NCBI GenBank assembly: GCA_040285825.1
Contig: JAUPSS010000004.1
Location: 2,460,550 to 2,524,549, forward strand
Reading direction: 5' to 3'
Origin: Eukaryota sp. TZLM1-RC
Taxonomy: Eukaryota; Protista; Metamonada: BaSk clade
Length of the DNA stretch: 64,000 bases
Below are positions 1-11,800 of the stretch, one piece after another. The position numbers and the translations under genes are program-made. The notes beneath the pieces were generated by a model, which worked only from the letters and a program-made list of their open reading frames with translations, was not told the origin of the DNA and ran no database searches. Each line of letters begins with the position of its first letter. The first letter of the stretch is position 1.

Positions 1-700
1 TCCAGAAAATTGATTATCAATTGAACATTATTTCTTGAAATACAGAAACATTTTTGAACATTCAAATCAAGACCTATGGATTGATATAATGTAGCAGCTC
101 CATAAGCAATCCTTTAATTTGTACTTTCTGGTCCAATAGAGGAATTGTCATTCATATAACCACTTGAAGGTCAGGATTTTGTTCCTTTGGTTTTTCCAAA
201 ATTGGATGAATTGCGAGACAAAAAAGAAAGATTCTAAAGGATCTCCTTGTTTAAAACCTGGTAACGAATCGAGATCAAATTAAATTATATCAGACGTATT
301 GCCATAAAACCTAAAAAATGATGTTTCGAGTTCAGCAGGAAAATTTGACAAAAGTTCTTTCCAAATTAAATCTCTTTTCACTGAATTGAAAGCATTTTTG
401 AATACAAGATTAAAATGCAATTGTTGTCCTTACAATTAATAAAAATCAGATGTTTAAGCTGCAACTGATGCTCCATTAGCAAGTTAGTAACTTATACTGT
501 ATGTTTCACTTCAAGTAATATCTAATTGAAGATTAATTGCAATGTATTCTCAAATCCCAACTATTGTTTTTATATCGAGCTGATTGATCTATAGAACTGA
601 TCTAGTACAAAAAAGCTTTGATGCTACCGATTTAAATCTTGTTCATCAAACAATACAGCTTTTAAACAAGCAAATGTTGTGAAAATACATTTAAATTCAT
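1..700 (-). mobile_element. Degraded RT fragment of an RLE-type (CRE/R2-like) non-LTR retrotransposon
   Basis: Minus-strand translation gives remnants such as FKNAFNSVKR and SIGLDLNVQKC. These match the RT of the better-preserved copies at 19377-20465 and 60856-62787. Many stops and frameshifts; ends approximate. Confidence 0.65.
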
Positions 701-751
701 TTTTGAAAACTAATTAATTGTCCATCAACAGGAAAGAGGCAGGCCACTTCC

Positions 752-1654
752 ATGCGTGTGAGCAAGCCCATACAGGCTGCTGCGCGTCGTTCAACGTCTT
801 CATCCTTTTCTATGCAGTTTCTTCCACTTGAAAGCACTTCTGACAGCTCTTTAGATAATTCTTACCCTTCAAACCCCACACATAAATCAAGAAGGTCTAT
901 AGACTTATCTGCTCGTTCACATTTATCAAGTAACGCGAATGAAGACTTAGTCAGTTCTACTGGTACTATACAGTTACTCTCACCATCTCCCAGTAGTAAA
1001 ACTAGATTGTCTGAAGATCCTCAAAAACCACTTGAACAATGTCCCAAATGCAAACGACAGTTTCATGCTGACAGGATAGGGAAACATTCATCCGTTTGCA
1101 AAGCCAAACCATTATCCAAGCATAAACGTCACCATTCAGAAAAAACTGAATCACCTTCACAATCTGCACGTGATTCCAAGCCAAAGAAGTGGGAACTTCA
1201 ATCGAATCACCTGCGTGCCATGATACGTGCTAATAAGGGCCTTCCTCCAGAAGAAGGAGTTCCTCTTCCCCCTCCTGTTGATACAGTGTCTTGTCCTCAT
1301 TGTAATCGGAAGTTTAGCGAGAGTGCAGCAGAAAGGCATATTCCTATTTGTAGTAGAGTCATCCACAGACCAAAACCTCCCAGTAAAAACGTTTCACGTG
1401 TAGCATATGATCCAGCGTTTGCTGCCCGATCTTCTCTTTCTCTTTCTTCCTCCTCTCCTAGCTCTACTTCCACGCCCCAGGCCAGAAGTTCCAAGCCAAG
1501 GATCGCACGGTCAGCTCCCGTCAGTAAAGCATCATTACAACCCTCAGGTGGATATGAAGCGAAGTATTGTACAGAGTGTGGGGAGAAATTCACTAATAGT
1601 GGTTATAAGTTTTGCCCATTTTGTGGTACTTGTAGATATAATGGTAAGAGCTAG
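752..1654 (+). CDS. C2HC-type zinc-finger protein (ZC2HC1/FAM164-like) with C-terminal zinc ribbon
   Basis: Two zf-C2HC_2-like motifs (CPKCKRQF..RIGKHSSVC and CPHCNRKFSESAAERHIPIC) and a terminal YCTECG...KFCPFCG ribbon. The true start could be the ATG at 812. Confidence 0.8.
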   Translation: MRVSKPIQAAARRSTSSSFSMQFLPLESTSDSSLDNSYPSNPTHKSRRSIDLSARSHLSSNANEDLVSSTGTIQLLSPSPSSKTRLSEDPQKPLEQCPKCKRQFHADRIGKHSSVCKAKPLSKHKRHHSEKTESPSQSARDSKPKKWELQSNHLRAMIRANKGLPPEEGVPLPPPVDTVSCPHCNRKFSESAAERHIPICSRVIHRPKPPSKNVSRVAYDPAFAARSSLSLSSSSPSSTSTPQARSSKPRIARSAPVSKASLQPSGGYEAKYCTECGEKFTNSGYKFCPFCGTCRYNGKS

Positions 1655-1686
1655 GGTTAGGGTTGGTTAGGGTTAGGGTTAGGGTT
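1651..1686 (+). repeat. Interstitial telomere-type (TTAGGG)n tract, about 6 imperfect units
   Basis: ctagggttagggttggttagggttagggttagggtt; the TAG stop of the upstream CDS is part of the first unit. Confidence 0.8.
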
Positions 1687-3699
1687 GGTGTTTTCTTTTT
1701 TTTGTGTATTATACTAGTAGGTGTTTGGTTGTCTGTTTTATTGTTGTTTTCTAGTTTTCAATTGCTTTCATTTAATGTGATTTATTAGTTTACATAAATC
1801 AATCTTAGCAGGTTTTGAAGGGTGATTGGTTAATCTTCAACCCAATATGAACATCAATAATTAAAACCAGTGTCTGTTCAATTATGAAAATGTTAAAGTC
1901 ACAAATAAAAAATGAATATACAATTTCCATTAATTTAATACTTCTAGGAGAGAGTGGACAAGGTGATTCAAAATGAACACTTCCTGATTTCTAGTTAATT
2001 GAATAGTGGATCTTAGATGGTGCTGTGCTTTTATGGAACAACCCTCTAACAGAATTCCACAATGTGCGAAAATATAGACAAATATCCTTTTTCTATGCCA
2101 TCTGGGAATGACTTTTTGTTCTCCCAAAACAATTATTGTTTGCAAATAGGATGGAGATTGTATGGAGAGTTTCCCTGACGCAGGGTGAAGAGAACTTTTT
2201 GGAGCATTTGAAGAGAACATTGAATTTGTGATAAATGTTAACAGCAATTGTCATCGATCAATACCACTTAAAAAACACAAATTTGATTGAATATCAGTCA
2301 CTGAACCAACATTAGTCACTGAACCAAAATCCTTTTTAATCTATGACATCCTTTTTTTCTGACAAAAATATCTTTTATTTGATCAAAAAACAATGGTATT
2401 TTTGTGATGATGGCGAATTGATTTCGAGAGCACCATAGACCTCTACAACAAATTTAAAGGCTTGGTAAACCATGCTGGCTACAACATTAGTACAGATCTT
2501 ATATATGTTGAAACAAAAAGGAATTCAAAACATCAAATGCTTGTAAGTTATCGGGAAGTAAACAATTGTGACCAGCAACTCCTGCAAGGTGATCAATTTT
2601 TTCTTGTTTATTTATTGACCGACATAAACAGCTAAACTTGAAAATAATTGTAGAGATTCTGGAACTCTTTAAAAATGGTACTGATGTTGAAAAAGGAATT
2701 TTTCATTGAAGTTGCCCCCAAGAAATCCTATGAAACAAATCTCCCAGTCCTGAAGGAACTGAAATCTTCTCTAAAGGCAGGGATTGTGGACAACAAAAAT
2801 GTTCCATACCTGTGGAAGGAGTATGTGAAAAAGTATCACATGAATCATGATGACTCATAAGTCGAGTTGAGTCAAATAGTTTTAACTCGAGTAAACTTGA
2901 CTTGATTGAAATATAAATATAAATAAGTGACATTTATCTGGACGGAAAAGAGCGGAGACATTAGTAGACATGAATAACTGATTGTTACTAAAATATAAAC
3001 TTATAAACTTTTTATATAACCTACATAATATATATAAAGTTCGCATTTTATACTAAACTGATTATTAGTTTTTAATAACATTTATTTCTTTTCAACTATT
3101 CATCACTTTTACTTATTGATTAACACTTTTCAACTACGAAACTCAAAACAACTTCTTGAGGTAGAGCTTTTGCAGTTACTCGAAAGACCAAAAAACCTCG
3201 TGTCACTTCAGAGTGATCTGAGACTATTCCACAAGTGTCTATTAATGAGTCTTTTTCACAGCAAGTTTTGCAGATGGATCACACTGCAGAACAAACAACT
3301 GGTCTTAAATCATTAGAAATGTTTCACTCCGAAAATATCAATTTTTTGTGTTTTGACATTGAGACAATCCTGAAATTGAGTACAGAGAAAAAGTGGGATA
3401 TTTCTTATTTTTGACCACTTTTGACTATCAAGAAGACAACACAAAACAAAGATTAGTCAAAAGGACAATCAATTTGTCGCCAATCATATTCTAAATTCTA
3501 AAAGAGCAGAAATTGATAGTCAAATTCGTTCTTTAGAAAAACAATTAACAAAATTAGAAAATTAAGAGTCAAAAGACAAAATAATTTCAAAGCCACCCTG
3601 AGTTTTTGTTGAAAAAGTTGCTATCGCAATTATTTCTCTAATCATTGTGGAGTTTTGCTCAAATCTATCACAACTGGTGACTAAGCACTTTGGCCCGCA

Positions 3700-4720
3700 A
3701 GATCAAAGAATTACGTGCAAAAGTTTTGTCTCAATTAATAGGATGTAAGATGTCCCAACTCCTGATCATGCTTATCTTAGTCCACAATATGGTGGTGTAA
3801 AGCTTCAATTCTTAATACATGTGCTTTGATCGGCGGATGCAGAAATGCAATATTTGAGTTTTCTGAAAGGTTTGCAGATTGGGAAGAGTTATTAGTGACA
3901 ACGCAAAGTTCTACTATTTTAGCATTAAATGAAGAAATTTTAAAGTCGGTGCAGAAAAATGGAATCGATGTTTTCCCCAATCATTCAATGGAAATGATCC
4001 CGACAAGAATTTTCTAAATTTAAAGTACACTTTTCTAACATTACAGAAACGATTGACTAGTATGTATCAAAATGATTTTTATAAAAATATACGCAGCCCG
4101 GCCGTTTTAAATCAATGATGATAGTGGTGATTTATAATGTGATTGGATTGAGAATTCTGCAGCTGTTATTGACTTTGGCTCTTGTAGTGTTGCAAATGAC
4201 TTTTTGGTTCAAAGAAGAAGACTTAATCCTGAAGATGCTCTTGAATTTAAAGCCAAAGAAAAACATAGAAAATATGACAAAGGAATCGAAGAAGCTAATG
4301 CTGATAGAAATAGACCACTTGTTTCTATTGCTTTTCCATTTTCGATGAACGGAAGTTTATCAGTAGAAGCAGGTACTTTTTTGAACGATTTCCAAAAAAT
4401 GGTTCAAGAAACAACAATGAAAAGATTTAGTATCTTTTTATGGCGCTCTCGGATTCAGTTTGCTGTAACTAATAGATTGCTCGGTTTTTCATTCAAATTG
4501 GAGAAGCTAGACAGCAACTAGATCAAGATACTGTAGAGGAAGTCTTGGTTCAATGAATTTCGTTCCATTAGTTATGAGTTTTATAAGTGTGGAAGTTCAA
4601 TAAGTATATAATTTACTGCAATTCAATGTTTAGATGTGGGAGAGGCAAGTTTTGTGGATGTGGAGCTTTAGTTGAGCATTTGGTATTGTTGTTTTCATTC
4701 GTTGTTTAAATAAAATAACA
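3700..4720 (+). mobile_element. Decayed RLE non-LTR retrotransposon 3' portions (two families abutting)
   Basis: ORF 4204-4521 has EKHRKYD...AFPFSMNGSL...FLNDF...LWRSRIQFAV, the RLE tail shared by the other copies. The 3' UTR at about 4545-4602 recurs at about 16632-16693. A second tail (DVGEASFVDVEL*) lies at about 4630-4671. Confidence 0.65.
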
Positions 4721-4921
4721 GTTTTTCAAAGTCTTTTTTGTATTTTGGTTTCAGTTTCTGTGTTGAAAACATTAAACTGGAAATTCCTTATCAAATTATG
4801 AATACAACTGTTAACAAACTCTAACTCGAAAAGACAGCATTAATTGTATAATGGCAGGAATGGTTTCAGCGGTAAAATCTTTGGGCCACAGTGGAATGGA
4901 GTTGAGAAAAAAATAAATTGA

Positions 4922-5914
4922 TTAGCAAAAATATTTATCTAAGACATCAAGATGTGCTTCTGCCAAATGACTTCCCATTTCAGCTATAGAGACCGGCTTA
5001 GAACACATTTTACAACTCCTTGCACGTTTTGGACATCTACGAAAATGAACGGCAAACTCCCCTCTGGTAGTATTGTAATTACAAAGTGAACATGTAGTAG
5101 CAAGACCAGCAACCATTCTCCTTATAGGATGATTAGCGGATGATTTGAAGGAGGAGCGACATGATGGACATTTGTCCACCACTGCACAATCTTGACAAAA
5201 GAGAGAGTGACAACAACTTGCTTCGATGGCATCCTGGAGAACGTCTAAGCAAATTGGACATCGAAGATCATCAGGCTGTGTCCCTCCAACCATGAAATTT
5301 CTGTAGTTTTCTACTTTTGAAGGGGGAGCAGATGGCAAACCCAAATCAGCTAAGTTTGAAGACCCGCAAATACTGGAAACCAATGCTTCTGGCTGACAAA
5401 TAAATGGAGGTTGCAATTTGACGATTGAACTCTCACCGTAATGATTCATACCAATGAAAAGGTGACATGGGATGTGAGGACAAGTGAATGGATGCTCATT
5501 ATTGAGTAAGGTACCATTATGTGTAAAGTAGACCTTCTTATTACATACAAGTAAACCAACAGTATCTCCAGGACGTGTAATCGGGAAGTTGTAGGAAGTA
5601 CCTACACCATGACCAGCAAAAATTTTACCATCATCACTATGATACGCTAAGGAGCCCCGGTCCCATCCAGGAGCACGTCTGCTTGGATAGTAACGAGGTC
5701 CAACACCAATCGCAGCAGCATAGCTGGAGTAACTTCCTATGCTAACCACTTCTAATTCCGCATAAAAAGCTCTGTTAGTGTCAATCTGGCTATTGCTTAT
5801 AGCAATAACGGGATTTTGTCGCCTCATTGTAGATTGGTCTTCATGCTTCAGAAAATAATGACCAGCATTGGGGGAAACTCGTATAGAAGGACCTCGTGGA
5901 TCAAGAGATTGCAT
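4922..5914 (-). CDS. SPRY (RanBP9-like) plus RING plus TRAF-type zinc-finger putative E3 ligase
   Basis: SPRY motifs APGWDRGSLAYHSDDGKIF and GDTVGL; RING CPICLDVLQDAIEASCCHSLFCQDC..CPSCR; C-terminal Cys/His fingers. First ATG is at 5914 (the ORF track starts at TTG 5926). Confidence 0.85.
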   Translation of the reverse strand: MQSLDPRGPSIRVSPNAGHYFLKHEDQSTMRRQNPVIAISNSQIDTNRAFYAELEVVSIGSYSSYAAAIGVGPRYYPSRRAPGWDRGSLAYHSDDGKIFAGHGVGTSYNFPITRPGDTVGLLVCNKKVYFTHNGTLLNNEHPFTCPHIPCHLFIGMNHYGESSIVKLQPPFICQPEALVSSICGSSNLADLGLPSAPPSKVENYRNFMVGGTQPDDLRCPICLDVLQDAIEASCCHSLFCQDCAVVDKCPSCRSSFKSSANHPIRRMVAGLATTCSLCNYNTTRGEFAVHFRRCPKRARSCKMCSKPVSIAEMGSHLAEAHLDVLDKYFC

Positions 5915-5940
5915 GTAGGAATCCAATTATATCAATCGGG

Positions 5941-6440
5941 TTTATTCCAACGAAAAACTGAACAACTTAAAGTTCTGAATCTTCATATCCCAGATCAGCC
6001 AAAAAGAATCGACTGGAAGCTTTTCCTTCATAAAAGCGACCAAGAGATAAGAAAGCAGAAGACAATAAGGGGACAGCACTTTTAAAAATACAAAATACAA
6101 TTCTATTCTGCCAAAATGTTTTGTTGAAAATTCTTCCTGTACGTTGTTTGACAATTTTCACAAAATCATCCAAGAAAAATAAAACATGTGGTCCAAGCGT
6201 GCCATGTAGGGAAAAAACAAATGGACAAAGGACATAATGAGTATGCAATTCAGCATTCAAGGATAGCAACTTTGCTTTATATTTAGCAATCTTAGTGTTC
6301 TCAACAACAGACAGCAGATTCTTGCTTTTGGAGTGAGCTAATGGTATAAAAGAATTATAACACATATCAGTGGATCTCACATCAGTAATGATAATCGTCC
6401 CTTTAAGAGGTTCAAGCATTAAATCACCTCTATTTCAACT
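5941..6440 (-). mobile_element. 5'-truncated RLE non-LTR retrotransposon (family D) 3' end
   Basis: RGDLMLEPLKGTIIITDVRSTD..KIAKY..CPFVFSLHGTLG..FWQNRIVF, then AATAAA. Same family as 24600-25200 plus 32540-32810. Confidence 0.8.
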
Positions 6441-6488
6441 AAAAGAATTCACAGTAATTTTGAACCATACGAAAACATTAACATGCGA

Positions 6489-6720
6489 CTAGAACTCAAT
6501 ATCCTTGATTATGAAAGTCAGTACATTTTTAATTAAGATTTAGAATTCTATTGTGCCAGAAAATAATGTTCAATTGATTTCCTGGTCTATCTTTTGTTCA
6601 ACATCAGAAACCTTCAAGATGGTGTATACCAGACCTTTCAATTACAAATTGATGGAATCAGCAAATAGAAACAGTTGGTATTTTACATGCTCAACAGGAG
6701 CAAGTTAGGATAAAGGATCC
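6489..6720 (-). mobile_element. Degenerate RLE retrotransposon 3' fragment (family C)
   Basis: Minus strand gives HVKYQL, FWHNRIL and the terminal IEF*, as in 18162-18716. Confidence 0.55.
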
Positions 6721-6950
6721 TTCAAATGAATTTCGTCCTACCAGGGACAACAAAATATTATCATAATAACCAAGTTGTGCATTAGGTCATTGAACTGAAA
6801 GGAGTATGTTCAACAAAGCAGAAGATGCTGTAGGTGATCTAAAAAGAACTCAGCAGATATATTTAAATACAATAAACAAATAATAGAAATTAAAATAATT
6901 TATTACAAGAAAAAACTAAAACTAATTAAAAACTGAGGAAATCTATAAAA

Positions 6951-7982
6951 TTATTCAAATTCATCAAAATCTATAGTCAAGACTCCATTAAAAGAATCTT
7001 TTCCTGAAAAAACCTTCCACCTACCACTCTTGTGTTCCCTTCCAATCAAAACCTTGACTTTGTCAGAATCAATCAAAATTTGATTGACACAACCTTGAAC
7101 ATCAACACTTCCAACTTGTACCAACTTTAAAGGATGATCTTCCACCTTGAAACAATAAACTTGATTCCAAGTGCCGGCAAGGACCAGCTGAGTTTTTTCA
7201 TCATAACAGATACAATTAACCCAATCCTTAGTAATTGAAGTGACGAAAACTGGACGTTTTTTATTATCAGCCCAAAGAGACAAACCTCCTTTTTGATCAC
7301 CCGAAACCCACACTCTCGCTCCACTCAAACGACCAATAGCAGCGACACATTCAAGAGAAATAGTAGAAGAGGGAGCTCTGAAGCACAAATGTGACTCTTC
7401 CGCAAGTTTCCACACTCTGCACGTACGGTCAATACCACACGAGACTGGTACTATGCTCTCAGAAAGCTGGTTCGTATCCTTCCTGTAGGAGAGAATGTCT
7501 AGGGAATGAACTGGCCCTTGATGTCCATAGTGAGTATCCATATGAGCGCAAGTGCGTGGATCCCATAGTTTGATAGTTTGGTCATGACCACAGGAGATGA
7601 TACGGTCAGCAATGTCCCAAACGAGGTGTGAAACGATGCCTTTATGGGCAAAACTGTCGGTAATAGGGGAAATGGATCTAGCTTCAGTCATTTCAGAGGA
7701 ATCTTTGGACAGCTCTATTATTCTTATAGAGCCATCGACGCATGAAACGGCGAAGACGGTGCCAAAGTTGGGAAGGTCTGTAGGTGGAGCTACCATAGAT
7801 GTGATTGATGGAGGTCTGCTGCCTGATATGATACTAATACTTATGGATGATATTATCTCATTGGATTTAGCAAGTTGTATTATGCCACTTTTGTTGGATA
7901 TGGCGAGAATATCGGGTCCACAACAGCAAAAGGCTGTAGGAACCTTGGCTGTTGACTTTGATAAAGTGATGAGAGGATGCAT
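6951..7982 (-). CDS. RRP9: WD40 protein, U3 snoRNP RRP9/U3-55K-like
   Basis: AHKGIVSHLVW, SCGHDQTIKLWD...HMDTHYGHQGPV, DRTCRVWKLAEESHLCFRA, LSLWADNKKRP and GREHKSGRW are typical of RRP9. The frame stays open to about 8126, so an upstream exon is possible. Confidence 0.8.
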   Translation of the reverse strand: MHPLITLSKSTAKVPTAFCCCGPDILAISNKSGIIQLAKSNEIISSISISIISGSRPPSITSMVAPPTDLPNFGTVFAVSCVDGSIRIIELSKDSSEMTEARSISPITDSFAHKGIVSHLVWDIADRIISCGHDQTIKLWDPRTCAHMDTHYGHQGPVHSLDILSYRKDTNQLSESIVPVSCGIDRTCRVWKLAEESHLCFRAPSSTISLECVAAIGRLSGARVWVSGDQKGGLSLWADNKKRPVFVTSITKDWVNCICYDEKTQLVLAGTWNQVYCFKVEDHPLKLVQVGSVDVQGCVNQILIDSDKVKVLIGREHKSGRWKVFSGKDSFNGVLTIDFDEFE

Positions 7983-8889
7983 TGGATTGGCAAGGGAAAT
8001 TGATTCTTGTTTTGGTTTTCCTGACTTATTTCTTACTTGCCAACTCGTTTTTCAACTCGCCTATCTGATATCCTGGTAGACAGTTGGTACACTTTTGAAT
8101 TTTTAAACATTCAAAATCTGAAAACTACTATTATGAATCAACATCCAAATAGTACATCTGCCAAAACAAAACAACTAGATGTAACTTTGTCATGGTTAGA
8201 TTCAAAGAGAAAGCAGATTATTAGAAACTACATCAACATCCCTTTAAAAGTATGAAAACTAATTCTATTCCGCAAAAAATAATGAACTATAATTTCTAAT
8301 TGTCCTCTTATTATCAATTTGTTCCCAATTTCCCAAACGACGTAAAACAGTGGAGGCGCGTAAACCAAATAGCAAAAGTAAATAAAAAAGTAGAAAAAAA
8401 AGTAAAAAAAAGTAAAAAAATGCAGATTCTATAGTGCATATTTATGGGTGCACATTTTGGGTGAAGAGGATTATGAACTTCAGAATTGCCAATCTTTCAT
8501 TTGAGACTTTACAGTTAAAAGACAACACATCCACAAAAATGAAGGTTCCATCTAAACCAGTAATATGACATCACTTCTGTTATTCTTATGAAAATCATCT
8601 TTAGCATCAAACAGATTTGACAAGATTCAAAAATAGATTCAATTCCATGATTCATTTTGTGTTTTGTTTTCATAATTCATCATGTAAGTGATCTTGTTTG
8701 AGTGCTTAAATTAATCTTTAAGCAATTTTTAATAATCCTAGAGGTTGATGAACTATCATGGGGAAATCTACAGAAGTGAGTCAACTTCTGTGCCAATGTA
8801 GAATAAGTATTAGTTGCAGAATCTCAATATCAACATTAAAATAAACTAAATAACAAAAACTTTATAAACAATAAACAAATACTAACAAC

Positions 8890-11800
8890 CTATTCCTTAT
8901 GAATGACCTTCATGTTTGCCAAAAACTTTTGCTTGTCAAAGTTCTCAGACTCTCTTCTCTTTGTCTTCAATTCCTGAAGAGCATCATCAAACTTCTTATA
9001 CTCCTTGTCATGACTTGGAACCAATTCTCTACCATCAATAACAGCTTCTAAACCTTGTTCTGCCAATAATTTCAAAAAGTTCGCTTGTTCAGTGAAGGAG
9101 TGAGATTGGAGTTCACAGCGCAAGATACATTCAGACCAAAGAGAAGATTCCGTATGACGATCATGACGAACATTACGCAAATCAACTCCAGAAGCCATGG
9201 CGGCACGAGCAACACGAGCGAGTTGGCCTGCCACGTCAGTAATCTTAATAGAACAATGCAAAACTTTTCCAAGTGTGCGAAGACCCAAATTATGAGCCCG
9301 TTGAAGTGTGTGGAGATCAATATTAGACCCGCAAAGAATGATTCCAATACGTTCACCAGGTTGACGTTTAAATTTGTTAAAGAGCAGAGCAGCAAAGGCA
9401 AGAGAGCCTGCGCCTTCAGTCATTGTTCTGGTGTGCTTCAAAACATGAGAAATAGTAGCAGTGATTTGGTTTTCATCAACTGTAACAACCTCATCTACGC
9501 AAGTTTTAAGAATGTGATTGGAATAGGGAAGTTTGATGTTACACCCATCAGCAATCGTGGCTGTACCTCTTGGAACGTATCGAATTGAACCAGAAGAAAG
9601 GTAATCCTTAAGAGGGGAAACCTTCTCAGCTTGAACACCAACGATCCTAATGTTTCTACCATTTCTTCTTGCCCATTCTTTAGCATAGAGAGCAGTTGCG
9701 GAGATCAGACCACCGCCACCTACAGAGACTAACAAAGTATCCACACCTTCAGGATGTTGTTCAAAGAATGAATGGATAAGAGTTCCCTGACCTTCAATTA
9801 CAGATGGTTGGTTAAACGGATGAATTAACAAAGCCCCATTAGGAAGAGATTTGTTGAGGCGACGAACGAATTCCTTTGTGAATTCCATGGCAGATTCAAT
9901 TGACTCACCATATTTGGTGATTGTTGCACCTAAAGCAATACAAGACTGAAGTTTAGTTTCAGGAGCATAGGTAGGAACTACAATCTCAGCAGGAATTGAA
10001 AGCTTTTGGGCAATGGCAGAAACTCCTTGAGCATGATTACCAGCAGAGCAAGCAATAATGATATCGGGTCTTTTATGTTTTTGCAAGTGACGAAGAGCAA
10101 AATTGGCTGAACCACGTACCTTGAAAGATCCTGTCCGCTGGAGGTTATCAAAAATTAAAGATATATCAGTATCGAATCTACGGGAATAGCTTCGAGAAGT
10201 TGAAACAAACGTGGGCTCAACAGCGTCTTGTTTGAGGAGACGATCATAAGCTTCTTTGATACTATCAAAGGTAACATCATTGATATCTCGATCTTCAACG
10301 CCAACTTCTTCACTTCCAATGTCACCTTTCGCTAGGGCTTCCTGAGTTTCAGACCTTACACGGTTGATGACGTCAGCAATATCGTCATCAACTGGAGTCT
10401 TTGTAGGAGTTTTAGGAGGAGAGAAGCGTCTATTAGGAGGAACATAAGTATCTGTGGACTGCTCTTCCACAACGACGTTATGTTGGCGGAGTTCTGTCAG
10501 AGCCTCTTCAAACTTACCATCAAGAGTACATAGGCCGGTAACTTTTACCTGCTGGGTGTTGATTTGCGGACCAGAAACACCTTGGATAAACTTAATATCA
10601 TGAACAGAGACTGAGTTTTTGGACAAAATTCGTAAAATTGCTTCCACCATAACAGAATCTTTAGGAATAGTTGCATTGAAAGTTCTGACGTGACCCATCA
10701 ATTCCAACGCTTTCTGCAGCCTGATACCTACTCCATAAGGCTCAACGGTACCTCCAGTGAGGAGCACAGCAGTAACAGTATCATCACCACTTTGAGTTTG
10801 GGGTAAGTGAAACAACGAAGCAATAGCAGCGGCTCCCTTTGAGGAGACATGGGCTTTTACATGACGGAGAGAGGTGCACCATCCCATTAAGCAATCGGTA
10901 TTGGTTTCAACTTGGACAATGGAACGAACAAGTCCCTTGCGGTGCAATGAATCAATAGAGAGACTATCCAAAATATCTCCACCATACTTGGAAACTTTGG
11001 ACAGGCGGATAAGCTTGGAACGATGGCTTCCCAAGAGTTCAATGAACTGTGCTTTTGAGCATTCCTCTGGAAAGTCAAGCACACCGTCATCAGCACCACC
11101 AAGCTTGACGTAAACTTTCTTAACCTCAGCAAAGGACAACAAGCCATCTCTAGCATCACTATTCCATCTAGAAAATACCCTAGATGGCTGCACATCGTCT
11201 GTTCTGTTGAGTAAAAAATTTTCCTCAAAAGGATCACCAAAAACACAACTATTCTGAGGAGAAAGAATTTCTGCACAAACAACCCTAGTGTCGACATTAA
11301 GGGCCTTAACATAAAGAGCGCATGCAGCTAGAGAAGTGACTGTGGGGTTGGTTCTTCTGGCAGGCACGACTAAGGAAGAAAGAGACTTTGAAAGATTCTT
11401 GGCTTGAGAAAAGGTTTCAGCGGCAATAGTGGCAAGTGCAATGATGGCTTGTTGCTTCATGTGTTTTCCATCAATGTAAACCACATTAGGCATAGTTAGG
11501 TGCTCAGTGATCTTGGAATGCATTTCATCAATATCAACAAAAACGATATTGACTTCGGGGAGGTGAATCTTGATGTTATCAATGGCGAAAAGGATGTAAA
11601 GAGATACATCACCAGCAGGTAGGAGGATCGTAGAACTGGCTCCTAAATGAGAGGCCAGAAATACGAGTTCTTGGAGGTAGAGGGCTACCTCTGGAGTTCT
11701 AGAGGGGGTGAAAAGGAATCTGGTTTGAGGAGAAACCCCATTGAAACCCTTCTCCAGAGCAGAAGCGATGAGAATACCAGCGAAACGACGTACAGCAACA

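Noticed and set aside
2296-2327. AGTCACTGAACCAA direct repeat and downstream broken ORF (about 2410-2860, possible 43-nt intron)
   Set aside because: Possibly a TE end or pseudogene, but I found no matching terminus or recognisable domain.
7597-8079. Numerous 60-170 aa antisense or overlapping ORFs in the track (for example 7597-8079, 9085-9588, 28448-28834)
   Set aside because: Shadows of real genes on the opposite strand or in another frame; no independent motifs.
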